From Azolla caroliniana (lineage: Eukaryota > Plantae > Polypodiophyta), in the NCBI GenBank assembly GCA_043228905.1, contig JBHGNT010000018.1, forward strand, positions 15,934,001 through 15,998,000: DNA of 64,000 nt. Direction: 5' to 3'. This document shows positions 38,301 through 49,910 of this stretch, piece by piece (the first letter of the stretch is position 1; each line of letters opens with the position of its first letter). Made by a program: the position numbers and the translations under genes. The notes below the pieces were generated by a model that had not been told where the DNA came from, ran no database searches, and saw only the letters and a program-made list of their open reading frames with translations.

Positions 38301-40535
38301 GGGGGTTATAACACTTATAACCCTTCTGTTTTTTTGAGTAGCCGACTAAGATACACTTCTCGGCTTTCGCGTCCAGCTTCCTCCGCTTTTCCTTCGACAC
38401 ATGCACATAAGCAATGCTACCGAAAACCCTCAAGTGTCGTAGATTCGACTTCCTTTCGAAATACAACTCATGTGCTGACACTTTTTCTCTGTTCCGATTC
38501 TAGATGTAGACTGCGATTCGGACTGCTTCGGCCTAATAGAACTTGGGCATGCTCTTTTCTTCCAGTGTTGCCCGCGCTGCTTCCACAACCAACCGATTCT
38601 TCCTTTCGGCTACACCGTTTTGCTCCAGCTTATACCTGCAACTGAATTCACGCTGAATTACCATTTGTTGTAGATAACTGTTGAATTGGCCAGAAAAGTA
38701 CTCTTTTCTGCCATCCGACCGCAGGCACTTGATCTTCCGCCCTGTTTCCCTTTCGACAAGATTTTTGAGGTTCTGGAAACAATCGAAGACTTCACTCTTC
38801 TTTTCGATGAGGTAGATCCATGTGTGCCGGGTGTAGTCGTCGATGAAGGAGACGAAATATCGACTCCCGCCAAGACTCACATTCTATGCCGGTCCCCATA
38901 CATCTGAATGTATCAAGTCAAGCTTATTTCGGCTCCGATTATGCTCGTTGGGGAAAGGAAGTCGGTGTTGCTTCCCTAGCTGACAGGCTTCACAAATTTG
39001 GGCCTTTCGACCACTGAATTTCGGCAATTTGAACACAACTTATTTTGATTGCAGGTCCTAAAGCCTTTGGTAGTTGACGTGGCCTATCCGCTTATGCCAC
39101 AAGTTGATATCCGACTCGACTTTTTGTCCTTTCGCGAACATGGTGGTGCCTACGTCATTGGTGTCGAGTATGAACATCCTCCCATCTCTGCACCCTTACG
39201 CAATAACTTGACCTTCTTCCTTGATGAACCACCCGAGATGCGTGAACCGGACTTGCATCCCCTGGTCGATGATCTGTCTGACCGACACCAGATTCTTCGT
39301 AATTGTCGGGACGTGTAACACGTTCATTAGCTTAACTTTTTGCCCGACGTTGCTGAGGGGAACTTCACTGACATGTACGATTGGATGCGGAGTGTCATCT
39401 CCTGTTGCGACTACTCCCGGTTGTTCCAGTTTTTCCAGATATGAGAACCACTCTTTATGGTTTGTCATATGGTTTGACGCTCCGGAGTCAACGTACCACA
39501 CTTCTTCATCGAGTTTGCTTCGTGTCTTGTCACGAAGGCTGCCCCCTTTTTGACTTTTTCGGATCCTTCGACGCCGGATCCGGATCCGGATTCGGTTTTC
39601 TCTGAATCGTCGCGCTTCTTCCAGCCCTCGCTCTCCTTGTGGCCTTTCTTGCCACAATACCAACATTCTGTGACGTGTTTCCCTTGCCGGTTCTCGTTGC
39701 CTCCTCGACTCCCCCTACTTCCGGAGGGTCTAGAATTGTTGTCGGCATCACCACGATGCCTTCTTCCTTGCTCCCATCGACTGCCTCTATTGCACGCCGA
39801 CTCGCCTCGTTCGCCACGACCACGGGTCCTATCTCCCTCTCTGTACAACATCTTGTTGTCGTCATGCGTACTCTCCCTTGTATCGACTGCAAGTCTAAAA
39901 ACGATGACATATTCTCCCTTGTACAAACAGCAGTTCGGAATGCTCCGAACTTCGACGCCAATCCTCTGAGGCAGATCTGCACCATTTCACCCTCCTCAAC
40001 GTTCACATTGATGGAGGCGACGGGGTCGCAGATATCCTTTTTCTTGGAGGTGTAGTCAGCCACCGTCATGTCGCGTTGATGCACATTGCTCAACTCCTGT
40101 CGGAGTTGGAGCTTCCTGGTTGTGGTGCTTGCGGTGAAAATCTTTTTCAGATTTCCCCAAGCATCCTTCGGCGTTCTTGCATCCCGAATGTAGCTCAAGA
40201 GCTGTTCCCTCAAACAGGACGCGAAGCAGTAGAGAACTCTGCTCGCCGACTGTTCCCAGGCTGGGAAGTCTCTGTGTGTCGATTCGGGTTCTGCATCATT
40301 CGCTCCATCGACATAGCTCTAGTATCCATGTCCAAGTAGGTATTGGTGCATCTTGTACGACCAAGATACGTAGTTACTTCTGTCGAGCTTCTCAGTTGGA
40401 AGCAACCTAGCCATACCTCTATCCATTTTTTTTTTCTTTCTATTCTTCACTGAGATTAGTTTTTTTTTGTGTGTGTGTGTATGAGCTAAAGTTGGCTGTA
40501 GAGGTTCTCAACCCTCGCGCTCTGATACCATGTAA
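35338..40535 (-). mobile_element. Degenerate Ty1/copia element: 3' LTR 35338-35689, PPT 35690-35701, gag-pol about 35768-40426, PBS-Met 40519-40530, 5' LTR lost except TGTAA
   Basis: gag EKLDRSNYVSW, knuckle [75 protein letters not shown]; PBS TGGTATCAGAGC; PPT CTTGAGGGGGAG then TGTTGAG. Confidence 0.92.
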
Positions 40536-41274
40536 AACCGTTTGACAGTCCTTGCGCGAGAGAATCCTCCCTCCTTCGATCTCCAGTTGATGCTACTGGT
40601 CAAAGAAAACCACATCCGAACAAGAGGCAATGAATCAGAAGGACAAATGCTCTACATGAGTTTGGACGGAGGAAGAGGGCAAGTCCATGGAAGAAGGGGC
40701 CAATCAGGCCGAGGCCGAAACAACCAAAGGCAGTCCCATGAGCAGAACTTCTACTACCGACAAGATGTTGCAAACACGCGAGGTGGAATGTCTAATCATG
40801 CCAGACCCAGGCGACAAAAAAATTCCATCCAGTGTGGATACTATGGCAAATTCAGCCACTACGAGACAAAGTGTCAAAGGAAGAAGAGTGAGTTGGCCAA
40901 TATCTTCACCAAACCTCTCAGTCTCGACAAGTTGCGGAATTTTTCAGGTATGCTTGGCCTCCAACATATCGACATGCCGAACTTGAGGGGAAGGAGTGAA
41001 GAAGTATAAGAGAGAGACAAAGTCTGAAAAGCTGAGTCGGATGATGAATTCGATTTCAGTCTGATTGAAGAAGTTAGTATGCTCAACCAGGCCAAAGAAG
41101 TCATGGATGTGTGGACAAATGGAAGAAGATCGACGAATCGTAGGATATCTAGATGCAAGGGGAGAAGAGAGCCAACCGAACCAAGGGGAGGAAAAGCTGA
41201 GAAGGTCAAGAAAGGCAGCAGAGTCGAAGAGGACAGAGTCAACTGAGTGAAGACCAAGACCAAGACATGGGCGG

Positions 41275-43408
41275 TGTCGTGATGTTTTCGACACATAGTG
41301 TGAAACCACCCTCAAAAGAGAATAAAATAGTGCTCCAAATAAACTAATTTTCTTAAGTCAACTATAGTAATAAATGAAAGGATAAAAAGTTAGAAGAGGA
41401 TTTCGAAAGTAGACAAAAATAGAGAAAAAGATGGGAAAAGAAAAGCTAGCCCTGGATATGAGGAGCAAGGTAGAGTAAAAAGCTCATAATTTCCTCGTCA
41501 ATGTCCAAATTAGAAAAGAAAAGATGAATAAGAAAGCTAACCTAAAGAGATTTCCAAGAATATATTGCATGTGAAATTTGAGGCTTGAAAACAGAAATAG
41601 TGAGGAAAAAAAAGTCGACTCATATAGACAAGCTTTTTTTTAGGGAAAAAAGGCAAGCAATCCTAAACCTATAAATAAGAGCCTATTCTAGTGAAGAAGG
41701 GGGGAGGGAGAAGGAACACGGAAGCTCTATTCAATTGGAAACTAGAAGAAGAAGGATCAACAACTCGAGAGGCATCATAAAAAAAGAAACTCCTTCTATA
41801 CTCCACGCTCTTCCTTCCTCCACCTCTCTTCCCCCATTCCTTTATAAACAATCCTTCATATTCGCATCCAACCCATTGTAACATGATTCTTATATTATAA
41901 AAGAATCTATTATATTGATATAAACTAATGTTTTCTTTCATCTACTTGTCTTATGTGTAAATCTTGATTGTGCTTATTTGTTATCGTCATTTGTGCTTAT
42001 TTGTTTGTGTGCCTTGTGACAAGGGAGCGTTTCGGGCTTGCCCATGCACCTCTCCTTTCACAAAGGCATTCAAACCTACATGTCTTATATGTTATCGTCG
42101 TTTGTGCGTATTTGTTTGTGTGTCTTGTGGCAAGGGAGCGTTTCGGGCTTGCCCATGCACCTCTCCTTTCACAAAGGCATTCAAACTTACGTGTCTTGCG
42201 TGTTAGTGTAAATCTTGCTTATTTGTTTGTGTGTCTTGTGGCAAGGGAGCGTTTCGGGCTTGCCCATGCACATCTCCTTTCACAAAGGCATTCAAACTTA
42301 CGTGTCTTGTGTGTTAGTGTAAATCTTGCTTATTTGTTTGTGGGTCTTGTGGGAAGGGAGCGTTTCGGGCTTGCCCATGCACTTCTCCTTTCACAAAGGC
42401 ATTCAAACTTACGTGTCTTGCGTGTTAGTGTAAATCTTGCTTGTGTGTTCATGCGACTTGTGGCAAGGGAGTGTTCGGGCTTGCCCACGTACCTCTCCTT
42501 TCACAAAGGTGTTCGAAATCGTGTCTTGCGTGTATGTTCATGCGACTTGTGGCAAGGGAGTGTTCGGGCTTGCCCATGCACCTCTCCTTTCACAAAGGCG
42601 TTCGAAATTGTGTCTTGCGTGTTAGTGTAAATCTTGCTTGTGTGTTTGTGCGACTTGTGGCAAGGGAGTGTTCGGGCTTGCCCATGCACCTCTCCTTTCA
42701 CAAAGGCATTCGAAATCGTGTCTTGCATGTTAGTGTAAATCTTGCTTGTGTGTTCGTGCGACTTGTGGCAAGGGAGCGTTCGGGCTTGCCCATGCACCTC
42801 TCCTTTCACAAAGGCATTCGAAATCGTGTCTTGCATGTTAGTGTAAATCTTGCTTGTGTGTTCGTGCGACTTGTGGCAAGGGAGCGTTCGGGCTTGCCCA
42901 TGCACCTCTCCTTTCACAAAGGCGTTCGAAACTGTGTCTCCCGTGTGTAAACCTTGCTTGTGTGTTTGCATGTCTTGTAACAAGGGAGTGTTCGGCCTTG
43001 CCCATTCACCTCTCTTTTCACAAAGGCATTCGAAACTCTGTCTCTCGTGTGTGTAAGTAAGCCTTTTCCTTGTGTGTTCGCGTGTCTTGTAACAAGGGAG
43101 CGTTCGGGCTTGCTCATGTACCTCTCTTTTCACAAAGGCATTCGAAACTCTGTCTCTCGTGTGTGTAAGTAAACCTTTTCCTTGTGTGTCCGTGTGTAAG
43201 CCTTCCTCACGTGCATTCGTTCACCTTGTGACTAGGGGTTGATTTGGGCTGGCCCATGCACCTCTCCTTTTAACAAACACGTTCAAATACTCGTGCCTTG
43301 TTTGTGTAAGCCTTCCTTGTGTTGTGCGTGTGAGTCCTATTTCCTTCCCGTCCATAACCCCGGCGGTTCCGCCTCACGATCTGCACATAGTGATGGATTT
43401 TCACGACA
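41275..43408 (+). mobile_element. Gypsy solo LTR (2134 bp)
   Basis: Perfect terminal inverted repeat TGTCGTGA/TCACGACA; 4-bp TSD GCGG/ACGG; TATA box CTATAAATA near 41669; 3' motif ACCCCGGCGGTTCCGCC shared with the other gypsy LTRs. Confidence 0.9.
41995..43275 (+). repeat. Tandem array of about 12 hairpin-forming units (mostly 104-112 bp) inside the solo LTR
   Basis: Core GGGCTTGCCCATGCACCTCTCCTT at 42034, 42145, 42256, 42367, 42477, 42566, 42674, 42782, 42890, 42994, 43106 and 43246 (the last ones degenerate). Confidence 0.93.
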
Positions 43409-44278
43409 ACGGATATCGTCAAGGGTCTGGAAGTGGACGAATCGGAGATAACCGATTTGATAAAGAGTCGAAGTGAATCGGAGTCGGCCGATTCAACCGA
43501 AATGTTCAATTTGGAAGAGCCGGATCGATGGGCCACGCCAGAAGAAGGGCAACTAAAATTGACACCAATACAGAGGAGCCGACGGGTCAAGAGGCGCCTA
43601 CACGGTAGCAACGAAGAAGCTGATAAGGGCCAAGATAGCAGACAAGTCGACCGTAGAGGTCGAGGTGCGCAGAACCAGATGGATCAAGGAGCGTCAGACT
43701 GGATGAGTCGTGGTATGCAAGATTGGATTGGACTAGGAGCGTGAGCAAGGCGTAGGAGTACCAAGAAAGGACGTTGGAGTTACGCACCACCTGAAGCTTA
43801 CACAACGAGACCTCAAGTTGAGCTTGAGGGGGAGTGTTGAGCGAGCAAGCTCAACTCGGGTTGAGCGGCTGAAGAAGCCGAGAACCAAATTGGTTGAAGA
43901 CCGATCGGGGGGACCCAAATAGGCCGTAGGACCGAGAACTGAGAGCCGTGTGGTGAGGGACTCGGGTAGGCCATTAATAGACTATATTCCTAGAATAGTA
44001 AATAGGAATATTGTACGCAGAAGTGTGAGGCTCATTTATGAGCATTCAAGTACTAAAGGTACTTGTGTCAGCCCACTGATCAGGGCTTGTATAAAAAGTG
44101 CTCATTGAGCACGAAGTATATATAGAGTGTTATTTCTTTCTAATAGAATTCTGTGTCAGCTCCCTCTCTCTCATTCTCTATTTTCTCTGCATTTACCAAG
44201 CTGTTGTGTTTCTGAACATCAACTCTATACTCCGTCCGTGTCTTTTACGCACGCTTCCGCACATCATATTCTTTTACA

Positions 44279-44550
44279 CTAGCTAAGGAGGCCGACTAGA
44301 TAGTTGAGGTCAGGCTGAGTAATGGTGAGATAGATAAGGCTTATGACTAGTGACGATAGAAAGTCGGCTCACACTCTTCTGTGCCGGAATCAACATCTAA
44401 CCTTAGATTTCAATCGAGAGGGTAGCGACGGGCTTACAGTGTGTCATCCCAAACTTGAAGAGAAGATTTAGAATAAAGTGTCGTTGGGAGATCATGTTGC
44501 CATCTGGAGACCAAATTATTTCTATCCGTAGAAAGTAATGTAGCTCCTTC
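44279..44550 (-). pseudogene. Old copia RT fragment
   Basis: Minus strand encodes SLIYLTITQPDLNYLVGLL. Confidence 0.6.
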
Positions 44551-44646
44551 ATTTCTATTGGGAGACAAGTCCCTCCGGATGGGAAAGGAGAAGAACAGTG
44601 CCGATGAACAAACTCGGCCGAGGCCGAATCTGTATGAGGTGGACAT

Positions 44647-44910
44647 GGCTACGGAGAGCCGGATGATACAGACCCGGTGAAGACCGGATGGGGAGTACCC
44701 GGCTACGGAGAGCCGGATGGTGCAGGCCTAGTGTGAACCGGATGAGGAGTACCCGGCTACGGAGAGCTGGATGGTGCAGGCCCGGTGTGAACCGGATGAG
44801 GAGTACCCGGCTACGGAGAGCCGGATGGTGCAGAACTGGTGAGAACCGGATGAGGAGCACCCGGCTACGGAGAGCCGGATGACGCAGACCCGGTGCGAAC
44901 CGGAGGAAGA
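44647..44910 (+). repeat. Five 54-bp U3 tandem repeats in the 5' LTR
   Basis: GGCTACGGAGAGC at 44647, 44701, 44755, 44809 and 44863, upstream of TATAAAT near 44982. Confidence 0.92.
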
Positions 44911-45388
44911 GACATATTCATAAATATGTTTCTGAGAGCCCATCGAGGCTACATTTGTAAATAGCCAAAAAGTCATATTAGTATAAATATGACTTAGGGC
45001 AAACTTTTAGTTGTTGTTGTCATTTTTCTGTTTTGCACGAGATCAGTGTGCGTAACTGTACAGAGAGAGAGAGAGAGAGAAAGAGGTTGTCACCTCTGTT
45101 GTAACCGCTGCCTGTGGCGAAGATCTGTGAGCACGAGGTCGTTGCCTCAGTGAACTCACTATTGTACATTCATACATAGTGACAGTTAGCAGCCTGTGGG
45201 CTGCCGTGGTTTTTCCCCTAGTTTGGGGTTTTCCACGTAAACCTCCTGTGTATCTTTCTCTTCCTCTTGTCGTGTTTTTATTTCCCGTTTTCTGTGTATC
45301 ATTACATGCTCGGTTGTGGCCAAGCGTTGCGCATAAGGAACGATCAGTTCCCGGCAAGTGGTATCAGAGAAAAAATCGACACAGAAAA

Positions 45389-48300
45389 ATGGACGAATCG
45401 TTTGGCGGCATGTTCAAGCTCACCGGCTCCAACTACTCAGTGTGGAAGTCGAAGATGAGGGACATGCTCATGGTTAAAGACCTCTGGCTGCCGGTTCAGT
45501 TCGGGGACAAGAGACTGGACAAAATCGACGCCGCGATATGGGAGGTGATGCACATGAAGACAACGTGCTTCATCGACATGAGCCTGTACAACAACTTCAA
45601 TGAAGAGAGCAAGGCTCATGAGCTCTGGGAGAAGATCAGTATAATGTTTCAGAACAAAAATGCTGTCAATCAGGTGTCGGTATTCTGGAAGCTAGTAAGA
45701 CTCTGGTACCAAGATGGCTCCAGCATGGCGGAGCACATGAATGCCTTCCAGGGGCTGATCCATCAGGCAACTTCATTGGAAGTACCTCTCGCCGATGAGG
45801 TACTAGCGCTACTCCTGCTCGGTTCCCTCCCGGATAGCTGGGAGACGTTGGTTGTCACTTTGGGCAACGCCGGGCCGAAAGGAAAGCGGTTATCCTTAGC
45901 AAGAGTAAAGTCGAGCTTGCTAGATGAGGAGGCGCGTCGGAAAGATAAGGATACGAGCTCCGACTCCAAAGTGCTCCTTACCGAATCGAAACGCGGAAGA
46001 CATAGAAACCGTAGTCCCCAGAACCGGGAAAAGTCGGGGACACAGTCAAAGTCAAGGGGGAGGCCTACTTGCTTCTATTGCGGCAAGCCGGGACACTTCC
46101 AGAAGAACTGTCGGCACTTCCGTAAAGACAAGGAAACCGACGGTACCGATTCGAAGCGGACCCCGGACCGGAACGGTAAAGACCGGAGGGGGCCGGACCG
46201 GAAGGGAACGACGGCAATCGCGGCAAGTGAAGAAGAGTTGATGCTCATCACCGAGGAGAGTGAGATAAACCTTGCCGGCGACAAGATGACCTGGGTGGTA
46301 GACTCCGGAGCGTCGCTTCACCTTACCCCGGACCGGAAATGCTTCTCATCCTACTCAGCTGGTGATCACGGCTGTGTCCAGATGGGGAATGAAGGAACAT
46401 GCCGAATTGTCGGCATAGGAGACGTGTGGCTGTTGACACCAACGGGATGCAAGTTGCTGTTGAGGGATGTCCGACACGTTCCGGAGGTTCGACTGAACCT
46501 GATATCAGCCGGTCGGCTAGATGATGAGGGCTACACGGGTAGCATCCGGAACGGTGTCATGAAGTTCAGCAAAGGGAGCCTGATTGTGGCTCGGGCCCGG
46601 AAGGTAAACACACTGTACCTGATGAATGCCCGGTTATGTCCGGAAGAAGTGAACGTGGCTTCCGACACTGCCGATGAGCTGTGGCACAGGAGGCTGTGTC
46701 ATATGAGCGAGAAGGGGATGAAGAGGCTTGCAGACGACGACCTCATTCCAGTGAAGAACGTGCACTTAGAGAAGTGCAATGATTGCTTGGCCGGTAAGCA
46801 GAACCGGACCTCCTTCCGACCAAGGCCACCGATGAGACGTAATGCACCACTGGAGTTGGTGCATATGGATGTGTGTCAAGTAGACACGAAGTCACATGCC
46901 GGAGCGTAGTACTTCGTGACGTTCATAGATGACCACAACCGGAAGCTGTGGGCCACACCGCTGAAGACGAAGGATAAGGTGCTATCCGTCTTCAAAGAGC
47001 TCCACGCGAGAGTGGAAAGAGAAACCGGCTGAAAGCTGAAGGCGGTTCGAGCAGATAACGGAGGAGAGTACCGGGGCCAGTTCGAGGAGTACTGCCGCTC
47101 GAAGGGAATCCGGCTCGAATTTACCGTGCCGAAGACGCCGGAACTAAACGGACTGGCCGAGAGGATGAACCAAACCATAATGGAGAGGTTCCGGAGTATG
47201 CTAGCGCATGCAAAACTACCCAAGAGGTTTTGGGCTGAGGCACTGTCGACGGCGACATATGTGATAAATAGATCACCCTCAGTACCCTTGGACGGAGACA
47301 CGCCACAGAGAGTGTGGACCGGTAAGGCAGTATCCTACCGACATCTGAAGGTGTTCGGGTGTCTTGCGTACGTGCATGTAGCTAAGGACCGGAGAGGTAA
47401 GCTAGATCCAAAGACCCGGCCATGCATATTCCTCGGTTACGGTGACGATGAATTCGGCTACCGAGTGTGGGACCCGGTCGACAAGAAGGTATTCCGGAGT
47501 CGAGATATTATCTTCATGGAGGACAAGACGCTCGCCGACTGGGAGTCGGAGAAGAAGATAATGAACTCCGAGTCGACCGATAAGGATCGACTCTACGATG
47601 AGCAGACCCAACCGGCGAGAGACCGGTTAGCACTCGAAGAACCAGCCGGATATGGTGAGGATACCGAACCGACAAAAGAAGCAGTAGAGGAAGCTGAGAC
47701 CGGAACCGGCGAAGACCCCGAATCGGATTCGGATGAAGAGCAAATGGAGGAGCCAGTTACCGAAGCCCGAAGACGCAGATATCCTCTCAGAGAGAGAAGG
47801 CCCCCCCGGAGATTTCCGGATGCAGAGCATGTTCTACTGACCGATGAGGGGGAGCCGGAAAGCTTCGAAGAAGCGAAGGAAGACACCCACAGCCGAAAAT
47901 GGTTAAGTGCCATGCAGGATGAGATGGATTCCCTGCATGAAAACCATACGTACGAATTGGTGGAGTTGCCGAAAGGAAAGCGGGCACTCCGAAACAAGTG
48001 GGTGTACAAGTTGAAACCGGGAGATGCCGGCAACCCCCCGAGATACAAAGCCAGGATCGTGGTGAAGGGGTTCCAGCAGAAGAAGGGCGTGGACTTCGAC
48101 GAGATATTTGCCCCGGTAGTAAAGATGACCTCCATCCGGACGGTGCTGAGTATAGCAGCAAGCATGGACCTCGAGGTAGAGCAGCTGGACGTGAAGACGA
48201 CATTCCTTCACGGTGACCTCGAAGAGGAGATCTACATGCAGCAACCGGAAGGATTCGTGGAGAAAGGGAAGGAGCGCCTGGTATGCCGGTTGAAGAAGAG

Positions 48301-49423
48301 CCTGTACGGACTAAAGCAGGCTCCCCGACAATGGTACCGGAAGTTCGACTCCTTCATGACCGATCAAGGGTACCACAAGATGCAGGCCGATCACTGCGTG
48401 TTTGTGAAGAAGTTCGAAGGAGGCGACTTCTTGATACTCCTTCTGTACGCGGATGACATGTTGATCGTCGGACGTGACCAAGTCAAAATACGGATGCTGA
48501 AGAAGGCTCTCAACCGGACCTTCTCAATGAAAGACTTGGGTCCAGCAAGACAGATGTTGGGGATGCACATTATCTGGAACCGGTTAGCCAAGCAATTATG
48601 GCTGTCACAGGAGAAGTATGTGACAAAGGTGCTTCACCGATTCAACATGTCAGAAGCGAAACCGGTCGGATCGACACTTCCGGCAAACTGCAGACTATCC
48701 GGCAAGCAAAGCCCGAAGACGAAAGCAGAGAAGGCGGATATGATGAAGATTCCATATGCCTCTGCCGTCGGGAGCTTGATGTACGCAATGGTTTGTACTT
48801 GACCAGATATAGGATACGCAGTCGGAGTGGTGAGCCGATTCATGAGCAATCCCGGCAAGGAGCACTGGAACGCGGTCAAATGGATACTCCGGTATTTGAA
48901 GGGCACTTCAAATATGTGTCTCCGATTTGGCTCCGGAAAACCTCAACTCGACGGCTTTACCGATTCAGACATGTCGGCTGATGTGGATACCAGCCCGTCT
49001 ACATCCGGGTATGTAATGACATATGCAGGGGGAGCTGTTTCGTGGCAGTCGAGGCTGCAGAAGACGGTTGCATTGTCAACCACGGAGGCGGAGTACATGG
49101 CAGCTGTGGAAGCCGGCAAGGAAATATTATGGATGAAGGACTTCATCGGAGAGCTCGGTATCCGGCAAGAGGAATACCGACTCTATTGCGACAATCAAAG
49201 TGCCATCCACCTTGCTAAGAATGCGGCCTACCATTCTCGGACGAAGCATATCCAGCGAAGATTTCACTGGATCCGGGAAAGAGTAGATGACCAGGAGTTC
49301 GTGCTGACGAAGATCCACACGACCGAGAACGGGTCAGATATGCTGACCAAAGTTCTGACACTCGACAAACTGGACGCATGCCGGAAGAGGGTTGGACTGA
49401 TAAGACACCCCATGCCGGAGTGA
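45389..49423 (+). pseudogene. Copia gag-pol, single frame with three premature stops (about 46907, 47029, 48800)
   Basis: KLTGSNYSVWK, CFYCGKPGHFQKNC, WVVDSGAS, LWHRRLCH, NGLAERMN, QLDVKTTFLHG, SLYGLKQ, LYADD, RTKHI, SDMLTK. Confidence 0.93.
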
Positions 49424-49538
49424 AGGGGGAGTTTGTTGGGAGACAGGTCCCTCCGGATTGGAAGGGAGAAGAACAGTGCCGATGAACAAACTCGGCCGAG
49501 GCCGATAGGCCGAGGCCGAATCCGTATGAGGTGGACAT

Positions 49539-49910
49539 GGCTACGGAGAGCCGGATGATATAGACCCGGTGAAGACCGGATGAGGAGTACCCGGCTACGG
49601 AGAGCCGGATGATACAGACCCGATGAAGACCGGATGAGGAGTACCCGGCTACGGAGAGCCGGATTGTGCAGGCCCGGTGTGAACCGGATGAGGAGTACCC
49701 GGCTACGGAGAGCCAGATGGTGCAGGCCCGGTGTGAACCGGATGAGGAGTACCCGGCTACGGAGAGCCGGATGGTGCAGGCCCGGTGTGAACTGGATGAG
49801 GAGTACCCGGCTACGGAGAGCCGGATGGTGCAGAACCGGTGAGAACTGGATGAGGAGCACCCGGCTACGGAGAGTCGGATGACGCAGACCCGGTGCGAAC
49901 CAGAGGAAGA
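49539..49910 (+). repeat. Seven 54-bp U3 tandem repeats in the 3' LTR
   Basis: Units from 49539 to 49863 at a 54-bp period. Confidence 0.92.

Larger units (their letters stand above)
40536..44278 (+). mobile_element. Internally deleted copia (gag end fused to RNase H end near 40892), 3' extension, PPT about 43823-43834 and 3' LTR 43835-44278; interrupted by a gypsy solo LTR
   Basis: ORF 40542-41009 jumps from a decayed knuckle (CGYYGKFSHYETKC) to LANIFTKPLSLDKL. KTKTW|ADIVKGL is split by the 41275-43408 insertion. LTR reads TGTTGAG...TTTTACA. Confidence 0.85.

Noticed and set aside
41968-43133. Repeat-protein ORFs (RERFGLAHAPLL repeats; also 59521-60157 and 49215-49976)
   Set aside because: By-products of tandem repeats; unit lengths often break frame and ORFs appear in several frames and on both strands.
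41995-43275. CRISPR-like array (conserved palindromic core plus linkers)
   Set aside because: Linkers are homologous to each other rather than unique spacers, the array lies within a eukaryotic LTR, and no cas genes are present. The same applies to 59345-60080 and the 54-bp repeats.
35338-44278. One large element with inverted LTRs
   Set aside because: The two LTRs are diverged 3' LTRs of separate, oppositely oriented copia elements, each with its own PPT, and there is no shared TSD.
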